NCBI GenBank assembly: GCA_028534125.1
Contig: CM052817.1
Location: forward strand, 63,428,001-63,492,000
Length of the DNA stretch: 64,000 nucleotides
Reading direction: 5' to 3'
Source: Lama glama
Taxonomy: Eukaryota
Numbering within the stretch: the stretch's first letter is position 1; each line of letters opens with the position of its first letter. The notes under the pieces are model-generated. The model ran no database searches. It saw only the letters and a list, made by a program, of their open reading frames with translations, and was not told the DNA's origin. A program made the position numbers and the translations under genes. Shown here in pieces: positions 51,686-62,890 of this stretch.

Positions 51686-53394
51686 TACTTCTTAATCCCC
51701 TATCCCTATCATGCTTCTCTCTCTTCCCTCTCCCCACTGGTAACCACTATTTTATTCACTATATCTGTGAGTCTGCTGCTTTTTTTGTTTTATTCACTAG
51801 TTTGTTGTATTTTTTAGATTCTATATATAAGTGATATCTTACAGTATTTGTCTTTCTCTGACTGACTTATTTCACTGAATATAGTTCCCTCCAAGTCCAT
51901 CCATGTTATTGCAAATGGCAAAACTTCATTCTTTTATGGCTATATATAGCCATATATATATACACACAGCATCTTATGTATCCATTCATTTGTTGATGGA
52001 CACTTAGATTGCTTTCATATCTTGGCTATTGTAAATAATGCTGCTATGAATATTGGAGTGCATGTAGCTTTTTGAATTGGTGTTTCTGTTTTCTTTGGAT
52101 ATATACCCAGGAGTGGAATTGTGAGATCACATGGTATTTCTATTTTTGTTTTTTTGAGGAAACTCCATACTGTTTTCCATAGTGGCTACGTCAATTATTT
52201 TCCCACCAGCAGTGTACAAAGTTTCCCTTTTCTCCACTTCTTCCCCAGCATTTATTATTTGTGATCTTTTTGATGATAGCCATCTGACAGATATGACATG
52301 ATATATCATTGTAGTTTTCTGATGATTAGCAATGTTGAAAATCTTTTCATGTGCCTGTTGGCCATCTGTATGTCTTCTTTGGAAAAATATCTATTCCAGT
52401 CTTTTGCTCATTTTTTGATTGGATTGTTTATTTTTTGATATTGAGTTATAAGGGCTATTTATATACTTTGGATACGAACCCCTTATTGGTCACACTTGCA
52501 AATATTTTCTGCCATTCAGTAGGCTGTCTTCATTTTTTTTTTTTTTTGATGATTTCCTCTGCTGTGAAAAAGTTTTTCAGTTTACTTAGGTTTTGTTTAA
52601 TTTTGCTCTTGTTTCCTTTACTTTAGGAAACTGATCCACCCCCAAAAAAGATACTGCTGTGATTCATGTTAAAGAATGTTCTGCCTATGTTTTCTCCTAG
52701 GAGTTTTATGGTTCCAATCTTGCATTTAGATCTTTAATTAATTTTGAGTTTATTTTTGCATACAGTGTGAGAAAATATTTTAATTTCATTCTTTTACATG
52801 TAGCTGTCCAGTTTTCCCAGCACGACTTATTGAAGAGCCTGTACCTTCCCCATTGTGTATTCTCACCTCCTTTGTCATAGATTAATTGACTGTAAGTGCA
52901 TGAGTTTATTTCTGATCTCTGTTCTGTTCCATTGATCTATGTGTCTCTTTTTGTGCCAGTACCAAAATGTTTTGATTACTGTGGCTTTGCAGTATAGTGT
53001 TAAGTCAGGTAATGCAATACCTCCAGATCTGTTCTTCCATTTCATGTTCTCTTTGGCTATTTGGGTTCTTCTATGTTTCTGTTCAAATTTTAGAATGTGA
53101 AAAATGCCATTGGTATTTTGATAGAATTGCTTTGACTCTGTAGTTTGCCTTGGATAGTATGGTCATTTTAACAATATTAATTCTTCCAATCCATGAACAT
53201 GGTCTGTCTTTCCATCTGTTTGTGTCACCTTCAATTTCTTTCATCATTGTTGTATAGTTTTCCTAGAGCAAGTCTTTTACCTCCTTAGTAGATTTATTCT
53301 TAGGTATTTTATTCTTTTGGATATAATTATAAATGGGATTTATTTTTAAATTTCTCTTTCTGATAGTTTGTTGTTAATGCATAGAAATGCAGCA

Positions 53395-53432
53395 GATCTA
53401 CAATCCTCTGCTCTACAACTGAGCTGTCGAAG
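53395..53432 (-). pseudogene. tRNA-Tyr(GTA) 5'-half retrocopy
   Basis: Minus strand CTTCGACAGCTCAGTTGTAGAGCAGAGGATTGTAGATC versus mammalian tRNA-Tyr (C)CTTCGATAGCTCAGTTGGTAGAGCGGAGGACTGTAGATC: 3 substitutions and 1 deletion. No T-arm or B box, so not a functional tRNA gene. Confidence 0.85.
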
Positions 53433-53709
53433 CTGTTAGTTTATAATTTTCTGGTCATTTTATTATAAAATTGATTTTGAATTTTATCACATATATTGAG
53501 ATAACCATATTAATTTAATAATTTAGACCATTTATGTGTTAAATTGCATTAATACATTTTCTGGTGAACCATCTATGCATTCCAGAAATAAATCCTACTT
53601 GGTAATGCTATATTGATTTTTAATATAATATTGTGGTCATTTTTAATAATTAACTTAGGAATTGTCTGTTTTTAAGTTAAGTAGTCACAATTTTGTTTTC
53701 TTATCTAGA

Positions 53710-54590
53710 CTGCTCAGACTGCATTAGCTCCCTACCCAATACCATACCCTACATCTTCTTCACTAAAAAACACCAATTTACTCAATGCAGCAATCTTCCT
53801 AACTGTTCAAGAATCTTGATTTGTCTAAGCCAGCAGTTTTCAAGCCTTTTTTCTGCAGACCTTCTCATATTTTAAGACAGTATTGAAGACCCCAAAGAAC
53901 TTTTATTTCTGTGATTTGAGTCTATTGAGAAAGGTCCAAAACACAGAAATGCATAAGCATGCATTCCTGGCCAACTGATCATTAACATTATAATTATCAC
54001 ATATCATGTAATCTGGAAACTCCACTGTACACTTGTGAAAAAGTGAGAGTAAAAGAGACAAATAACAGCTTAGCATTATTATAAAAATAGTTTTGACCTT
54101 TCAGATCCTCTGAAAATGGGGAGTTCCCAGATCACACTTTGAGACGACCTGATCAAAGTAAATCAAAATAGCCATGTCCCTGGTTTTCTAAAACTCCTTA
54201 CAGCTAGCTGTGTCCCAGTGGTCTGATTCAACAGGGTTTAAGTGAAAGTCAACTGAGGAGGTTTCTGGGAGAACTCTTATTTTAGTGATAAAGAGTAGGA
54301 ATGTACCTAGCTCTCTATTTCTCCCTTTTCATTGTCTTGAAGATGGTTATGGTATGTGGAGTTGCAATAGCACTTCCAACCACAAAATCTCAAGGATAAG
54401 GATGAAAGCCAATGTACTATGATGGCAAGAGTGGAAAGATAAAAACAGTTATTTCATCATTAAGTAGCTGAATGAGTAAAAGAAAATCATACCTCTGGAT
54501 GTCTTTTAGAAGGGAAAATAAACCTCTATTTTTTAAACTATTGTAAATCAGCATTTCTGTTACTTGAAGCTGAACACATTCTCATTTTGA
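53710..54590 (+). mobile_element. ERVL-MaLR LTR (MLT1J/K-like) interrupted by a Charlie element
   Basis: ggaggtttctgggagaact, ggatgaaagccaat...gatggcaagagtggaaagat, aaataaacc, ttctgttacttgaagctgaacacattct. Confidence 0.65.
53831..54151 (-). mobile_element. hAT-Charlie non-autonomous element (Charlie1-like ends)
   Basis: tattgaagaccccaaagaactttt and attattataaaaatagttttgacct...cacactttgaga match Charlie1-type termini; CAG...CTG ends. Confidence 0.75.
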
Positions 54591-56653
54591 TCTGTTGTCT
54601 TTAACCAGATCAGGAATCAAAGTTTTCCTAGTATCATAAAATAAGTTAATAGCTTTCCCACTTCTCTTTTGTAGAACAATGTGTAGAAGATAGGGATGAT
54701 ATTTTGCTGGAAAATTTAGTTGATATTACATGCTAGATATTACATATAAAACTGGATCTGGAGTCTTTTTGCTTAAGGTGTCTCATAAGGTTTGCCCTTT
54801 AAATTACATTATTGCCATGGAAACTTCTTTCATGGTTTTGATATATTCAAGCATTTATTTATTCTTGTACAAATTTTGACATATATTTTGGAAGAAATGT
54901 TTTTATTTTATATACTTTTCAAATTTAATGCTGTTCTCAGTATTTTTTGTCATGTTTCATTGAACCTCATTATGTTCTCTTTTAACATTGTTTATTTATT
55001 TACATCTTTCTTTTTTTTTCATTTGTCTTGCCATAGGGTTGCCTAACCTATGACCCTTCTGAAAAGTGAATTTTCAATTTTCAATATCTGTTCCACATTT
55101 CTCTCTCTCTCTCTTTTTTTTTTGTTTGTTTATTTGCTGTTTTCTCATTTGGGGGGTTAAACATTTGTCTCTTGTTTCCATTTCTTCTAAAGCTAAAGCA
55201 AAATCTACAGATGTCCCTCTACGTACTCTCATGTCTCAAATGATTTAACATATAGTGCTTTCAATATTATTTAATTTAAATATTTTAAATTTCCCACTTC
55301 TTTAACTCAAAGTTATTAGTGTTTTTTTCAGTTTCCAGATATATAATCTTTTATTTATATGTAAAAAAGTTTACCACTTCTCTATTTCCAGTTATATTGC
55401 ATTATAGATAAAAAATTGTATAACATTTTTGTCATTGTTTGAAACTTTATGTGCAACCTTCAACATGGTCACTTTTTTGACTAGGCCATCCATGTGTGCT
55501 TCAAATGGATATATCTTTATTGGGATTTTATGTTACTAGTTTGATTTTATAATTGATACCCTGTTTTTTTGTTTTTTGTTTTTTGTTTTTTGAAATTTGC
55601 CTGGTATGTCTTTTTCTATGTACTTATTTACAGAAAGATAATGAATACACAGTATTACCAAATAGAAAGTGGCCAAGTGTGAAAATATTTGACCAAGACT
55701 GAGACAAAACTCAAATATCACCATCAAATAATAAATGTGATAATCTAATGTGTCATAAGAATTAATGTTTTATTACAATTTTATTTAGTGGTCAGGTTGG
55801 AAAAGTTAAAACGTTTAATGCGGAAGCAGTTTCTCAGCACTATTGGCTGCTAGACTGCTCCTGCAGTCATGATTCTGCACACTTGGGATTTTGAAGTAGA
55901 TGCTCACTTTCTGCTGAGGCCAGTGGAGAAGCAAGAGTGTCTGATGGCAGGTTTTTTCAGCTGTTGATGGTAAAATTGCCAACAAGTTATTTTACCCAAG
56001 TAAAAAAACTCACTTTTTAAAACTCAGATTTAGACAAAGTGATGGTGCAATACAGTTTATGCTATTTTAAACATAAGCTTCATTATCTCTTTAAATAAGA
56101 TTTCTAAATATTTTAAAATCTATAATTAAGATTGTTGCATATAACATGTAGATATAGATTATTGATAGATAGATAGATAGATAAATTAAAATTGACTCAG
56201 AATCTTCCCTAACAGAATATGACAGGAACACTTACTTGTGCAGCTAGAATCATGAACAAATATCTGAACTATTAAGGCTAAGAAATTTCAGCACATACCA
56301 TCTACCAAACCACTTTTTATGTAAGCAAGGATTTGTTGTTACTAAATTTTGTTAGGCTGTCATAAAGAATGTATTTCCTTCAAGAAGTCTTTTATATATA
56401 TAAAACCTGATATTTCATCTTGTTTGAACATCTTACATATATATATAATACAAATGACAAATTCTACTTTCTTTCAAAATTTGGGCTCCTATAACTTGGA
56501 TGTTCATCCTTTTCAGTCTATCCTCCATACCCTAAAAGGTATTCTTATCTTTCTAGCCATTCCTAATGTTCCTAATGCCGTCTGTGAGAATTCCTCAACC
56601 TAATCTCCCAAGTCACTAATTTCTTTGTTGGCTTTATCCATTCTTCTTAGGGC

Positions 56654-57630
56654 TTTTTAAAAAGTAACAATTTTATTGAGACATAATGCACATACCATAC
56701 AATTCACCCTTTTAAAGTGTACAACTCAATGGTTTTTAGGACGTAAACAGTTTGTGCAACCATCACCACACTTCCATCACCCCGAAAAGAAACTCAGTAC
56801 TCATTAGCAGTCATTCCCATTTCCACCCAGATTCTTCAGCCCTAAGCAGCCACTGATGCACTTTCTGCCTCTATAGATCTGCCTATTCTGCCATGTTATA
56901 TAAATGGAATAGTATAATATGTGGTCTTTTGTGACTGGTTTCTTTCACTTAGTATAATGTTTTCAAGGTTCAGCCGTGTCATAATATGTATCAATACTTT
57001 ATTTCTTTTTATTGCTTAGTAATATCCCATTATATGGTTATACCACATTTTATTTATCTATTCATCAGTTGATGAGCATTTTTTTTTAGTTTGTACTTTG
57101 GGGGCTATTTTGAATAGTGCTATTAAGAATATTTATGTACAATTTTTGTGCGGACATGTGTTTTTCTTTTCCTTGGGTATATACCTAGGAGTAAAGTTTC
57201 TGGGTAAGATGCAAACTTCACCTTTAAATAGTCTGCCACTATTTTCCAAGGTGACTGCACCATTTTACATTCCCATCAGCTAAATATGATGCCTCCAATT
57301 TCTTCACATCCTCACCAACACTTATTACTGTCTTTTTTGATCATGGCCATCCTTGTGTGGGTGAATTGGCCTTGTGATTTTAATTTGCATTTTCCTGATG
57401 CCTGTCAATGTTGACCATTCTTCATGTGCTTATTGGCCATTTATATATCTTCACTGAAAAAATGTTTGTTTAGAAGATTTGTCCATTTTTTAATTGGGTT
57501 ATTTGTCTTTTGTTATCGGGTTTTCAGAGTTCTTTATATATTCTGTCACGTGTGAGTTAATAATGAGGTATACATTTTCTCCCATCCTGTGAGCTTTCTT
57601 TTCACTCTTTTGGTGATATATTTTGACATG
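56654..57630 (-). mobile_element. L1MB-type 3' end
   Basis: tttattgagacataat...tttaaagtgtacaa...tgtgcaaccatcaccac...cattagcagtcattccc, followed by reverse ORF2 C-terminal DNA. Confidence 0.85.
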
Positions 57631-59725
57631 ATGAAAATGAATAAATATTTATTGGATAACATGCATTAACTCATGAAACCCCCTAGTTATTTTTTATTTC
57701 AATTAATACATTCTTCATTTATAACCTACTCTTTTCTTGTGGGCTTATATTCCTCTGGATGTATCATTTGCAATGGTTATTAGTCACTTGGTGAGGGAAC
57801 CAAACATGACACAGGGATTTTGCCCTTCTGGTGACTGAGTGTGGATATGTGGGAGACACGTCAGGTAAGAGAGTCTCTGCCTTTGTGATCTGCTCATCCA
57901 GCCCTGGTCGACTTCCCTCCCACACTCTACCCTTACAAGATTACTCCGTCTCAAGGAAAAATTCCCATATGTTGTTCTTCAAATTATATTTCTGTTAAGT
58001 TTAAAATCAATATCACAGCTTTTCTTTTTATTGAATTTTTTCTGAAATATCTTGTTTGATTCCAGGCATTGTTCTTTGCCCTGAGCTGCTTCTTTCAGGT
58101 AAACTCACTTAGACAAAGAGTGGGGAGAAGAAAATTCTCAGCAGCCACCCACCTTGTTAGCTGTAGATACTATCTGCTCCCCACCTCAGCTGGACCCTTC
58201 TCTGTACTGATGTTACTCTGTCACCTCTGGCTGGTTCCACTGTGGTGCCACCAGGTTTCCTGTCCCAGAATGGTGCAAATACAGGTAATTATCCCCCCAT
58301 GCTTAAGTAGGGGAGAGAGAAAGCCACAATTGTAAAGCTCTCACCCACTTGGAAACATCTAATTCTCCTCTGACCTCGGCTCCTAATGTTCCCATTACAG
58401 TCGTGCTTTCAAATGTCTTCTCTCTCCCCAGGAATTTCTTACCATTTGTCTTAGATTACTGAGTCCAGCAGTGTCATTTTCTTTTCTATTTCTGGCTTTA
58501 GGTTTAAAGGATAAGCCATCAGCCATGCTAGATCTTCTTGTCAGGAATCAGAAGCATTTTGCTGATGTTGTTAATTATTTGTGAGTGGAAGTTTCCTCAT
58601 ACTTAAGTTTCTAATTCTGTATCACTGAGTATAGTTGCCACTTCCCCTAAAGGCTTAATAACATTTAACTAAGATCTAGAAATAACCTTTAAAATACTGT
58701 TATAAAGATGTCACCAGGAATTCACTAAAGACTTGCACTTAAAATACTTTTATTAACAATGTAGGAAAGAGAGTAAGAATGGAAAGGAAGAGCTTGGGAG
58801 ACAGTGTGAAGAGAAAGAACAATCTTTTATCAAAGACATATTGTGGATAAAATTTTAACTGATGATAATACTTTAGGGACAAAAAATTGGGGGAAGTAGG
58901 GGCAATAGGGCATAAGAAATTTTTAGACAGGTTGCCCTTTTAGTGTCCTTCAAATATTGAATGTTGGCTATATTGTTTATGGAGAATTCTAGTTTGGTTA
59001 CTGCATTTAGAGTGAGCTAGAGAGTTATATCAAATGAAAAATGAATCTTATTTCTAGTAATTTTTCTCTTATAGTTATTTTAAGAATTCTGCAGTCCATT
59101 AAAAAAAGTTTCAATTGAAGAACAGCCACGTTCTCATTCAAGTTATAAATAGTATTTTATGAATTTATTCTTCCTAGTAGGTTTTTTAATTTGAAAAAGA
59201 GGCAAAGTCTCCAGAAGAATGGATCCATCTGAGAGATTTTTTTCCCCTTTCTTTCAGTGGCATATAACACACTTGTCAAGAAATTGTTATGCAATTAATA
59301 TTGAAATAAAAGCTACAGTTCTGTAGGGTTATTTATGTACCACGTTCAAGAAGAGAGGAGAGGGATGTGCCAGTTAGAATTTCAGGTTGTCTCCCACTAC
59401 AGTAGATGATAGATGAGTTCCAGGGTTGTAGCTGCATATTGATAAAATTGACTTAGAGACACCCTGGATTTATAAATATAGAGTTAAGTCTCTCCCTTGG
59501 TATTCTGTGTACTTGGCTATTTCTATACCTCCCTAACAAGACAGGATGATTTTCACTCTTCATGAAAAAAAAAATGTAAACCTTCATGTGGAAGGCATTC
59601 ATTTCTGGAATCTTTTATGTTATTTCTGTGATTATTTACATCTGCCATAAAGTGAACTAAGAATCTGGGTAAAGGATATTCTACCATAAACCATAATCTG
59701 TGTCTTTTATTGAAATGACCCAAAC

Positions 59726-60013
59726 TTTTTTTGTTTGTTTTATTTTAGAATAGTTGATTAAAAATGTTATGTTCATTTGAGGTGTACAGCAAAGTGATTC
59801 AGATATATATATGTGTGTGTGTGTGTGTATTCTTTTTCAGACTCTTTTCCATTATAGGTTATTATTAGATATTGACTATAGTACTCTGTGCTATACAGTA
59901 AGTCCTTGTTGTTTATCTGTTTTATATATAGTAATGTGTATCTGTTAATCCCAAACTCCTAATGTATCTCACCCTGCCCCCACCTCCCCCTTGGTAATCA
60001 TAAGTTTGTTTTC
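59726..60013 (-). mobile_element. L1 3'UTR fragment (cetartiodactyl/L1MA9-like)
   Basis: ggtgtacagcaaagtgattcag...ttttccattataggttatt...ctgtgctatacagta...ggtaatcataagtttgttttc. Confidence 0.85.
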
Positions 60014-60179
60014 ATAAATCTAATTACATAAACAAATCTACATTTTCCAAAACTTGAAATATCTGTTACTACATGAAATTATAGTAACACAGAAATTTTA
60101 AGTAATCTATGTTCAAGTTTTTTCCCATTTTTTTCTAGTTCCATCTCTAAACACCAACATAAGCTGGTAATGCTAGTTG

Positions 60180-60600
60180 GTTAGTTGTTTGTTCATGAAC
60201 TCAACATGTTTTTATTGAGCCAGAGATTCTTCCAAGTTCTAAAGATTTGGCAGTGTACAGCACAGTTAGAAGGTCCCTTTCTTGTGGAGCTTACATTTTG
60301 GAGGGAAGAGACAGACAATTAGCACGTAAATAAAAAATGAGATAATTTCAGATCATGATTATAACTATAAAAAGAAGAAAACAATCAAATGATATATTGG
60401 TGTGGGTGGGCAGTGGGATAGTTGGCAGTGGGAGGGCTGTGGGGTGGATGGCATTACATAAGGTGCTCCAGAAAAGGGCTCTCTAAAAATTAGATACAAC
60501 TGCTAAAATTTGAGTAAGAAGGTGTCAGGTATGTGCAAATCTGAGGAAAAACATTCCAAGTAGGAAAGGCAAGAATATAAGAAAAAGAATCAAAGAAATC
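60180..60600 (-). mobile_element. LINE-2 3' fragment
   Basis: tttattgagc...cttgtggagcttacattt...ggaagagacagacaat...ataatttcaga. Confidence 0.65.
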
Positions 60601-60668
60601 AAGCAACCAAACAAAAATTCCAAACTTGATTGAATTCAGTAATTATCTCTTAGTTACAGAACACTGTG

Positions 60669-60800
60669 CAGGCATGACCATATGCGTTTATTTGGCTGGA
60701 ACAATCTGGGTTTATGCCTACTGCAGGCATGGTTACCCATAGCTCACCCATTCACTCCTAAAATGTTCTGGTTTCAAGAACAAATGATGTAGTCACTCTG
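60669..60800 (-). mobile_element. hAT MITE (MER96-like)
   Basis: Imperfect TIRs caggcatgaccatat...atgtagtcactctg; internal cattcactcctaaaatgttctggttt. Confidence 0.6.
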
Positions 60801-61457
60801 ATTATAAATCTGAGAAAATTGTAGCTATTTATAGGACAATATTAGAAAATGTGAATGTTAATTTTATTGTACTATAAACTCAGAACTCAGAAAACTGCTT
60901 TCATTCATTAGAATCAACTGTCAGAAAAATTCTTTAAATTTAGAACAGTCCAGTTTATTTACCATCTTCTCTTGTGATCCTTATACTCCCCTTGTTAATT
61001 ATCTAGTCATCTACTATAAAGCTGCAAAAAGCAAAAACAAAATTAAATACAAAAAATAATTTAAATGCCTCCTTTTATTAGGTTTCTTTTATTACATTAT
61101 CACTTTCTTCTTGTCTTCGTAATATACTTGGGAAGTAGGACTATGCAAATCAGAGTAATTGGTTAGACGTTTACCATGTTCCTTCATGTGTGCTCATCCA
61201 TGGGTTATTTCCCAGTTTTCTGCATCTACACACAGAAAAATCCTGCATAATTGGAAGCCAGTTTGAAAGTATATAAAATATTGAAAACATCAACACAACA
61301 TATGCCCCACAACTGGACTTGGAGCCCAGTAGTTAAAAAGTGGAATGTATGTCCAGCACAAATATGCCAAAGGAGCATTTTTTTTTCAATTTTCAAGCAT
61401 TTTAAAACCCTATTTTTTAGGAGAAAAGAATTGTGGTATATTTTAAAGACATTGTTT

Positions 61458-61482
61458 TATATATATATATATATATATATAT
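61458..61482. repeat. (TA)12 microsatellite
   Basis: Direct reading. Confidence 0.95.
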
Positions 61483-62890
61483 TTGCAGTTTCTGTCAGAC
61501 CCCAGGTACACAATAAAAGGCAAATGACATTAATTATTTTTATGTTTGAAACACTCAAAAATCCAGAGAAACCAAAAAGCATAAATGTTAAAATACACAA
61601 TTCAAATAGCAGATGTGGACAAAATATTTCTGTGGCACTTTAAGGTTTGATTTATATCACCAACCAAAACATTGCCCACATTTAAGATTTTAATATTCTT
61701 TTTTCCAGAAAATTCAAAAAATTTAAAAGCTCTCATATGTGCCCTTGGCTTAAAGATTCCAGACGGATAAACATGGCAAAATCATACAGTTATATATCCT
61801 TTTAACATTCCATTTGTGCATATGCTAGATATTCAGAAGCTAAGCTATGAATACAGAGGTATAATTAATCTAAAAATATAATCTGTTTGTCAAAGGGCCA
61901 GTATGATCTTAGTCTGCATCAATTGAAGTACATTCAGCAAAATAACAATTCCTTAAATTCTGTACCCTACTATTTAGGAGGAATGTGAATATACAGGCAA
62001 AAAATTACTTACATAGATATTTTAAAATACAGTACTTGAAATATCAAAAATACAGTACATAGTATATTAAAAATACTATATGTATCTAAAATTCATCCTT
62101 CAAATTATTCAGTATCTACTATGTATGAGACGTTTTGTCTTACCATGATTAGTAAATTCAATACTATTCACATAGAGTTTACATATTAAAAAAATCAGGA
62201 GTGTCTTCTATAGGAAATTAAAACTGTCTTAAACCATACGAAAGACTACATACGGAAGAGGGATTGTACTAATTATGTATTGTCTCAGAAAAGAGACTAA
62301 AGATCAAGAGACCTAGGCTAGGACTGGTAGGAGGGAGTAGAGAGGATAACCCTGTAGTACTTTTAATATCAAGGATTTGATTGACTCTATGGAAAATATT
62401 ATCAATTTTTTATTGATTCAGCACACATTTATTGGGCACTTATACATCAGGATCCTTGGTACATACCAGGGGAAAAATAATATTCTCACATTTGTGCATT
62501 CCTAATTTTTATTTCTAAAATTAACTTCTTGGTTCCCACTAATAAACATCTGTCGTCATTAGGCTGTGGGTGGTACAGAAGAACATATTTTTATTACCAG
62601 TTTTATATAAGCTTCCTGCTATAAATTCACTTTCTTGAAATCAAAAACACTGAAGTAATTGTGTTGCCCATGTTAAAAGTGTCAAAGATACACTAAGTAT
62701 GAAACATGTCACACAAAGGGCAGGAGACACTTTGAGTGTTCCTGGGTATGGCAACTTCTAATGACTCTTGTTATTCTATGAAGAAGATTTGGAAAATTGG
62801 AGTCTCTGATACAATTTAATGCTTACCTACTTATCTAAATAAAATTCTAAATTACTTAATACATTTCTGGAAAAATAAAATCAATGAACA

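Larger units (their letters stand above)
50823..53435 (-). mobile_element. Older L1 (L1MA9-like) 3' portion with a tRNA-Tyr half at its 5' end
   Basis: Continuous reverse L1 3'UTR/ORF2 over 50823-51007 and 51686-53394; 17-bp TSD TTAGTT[C/T]A[C/T]AATTTTCT at 50806-50822 and 53436-53452. Confidence 0.9.
50552..55600 (-). mobile_element. Ancient L1 (L1ME-like) host, fragmented by later insertions
   Basis: Degenerate reverse ORF2-like pieces at about 50552-50805, 53453-53690 (gaaccatctatgcattccagaaataaatcctacttggt) and 54600-55600. Confidence 0.5.
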
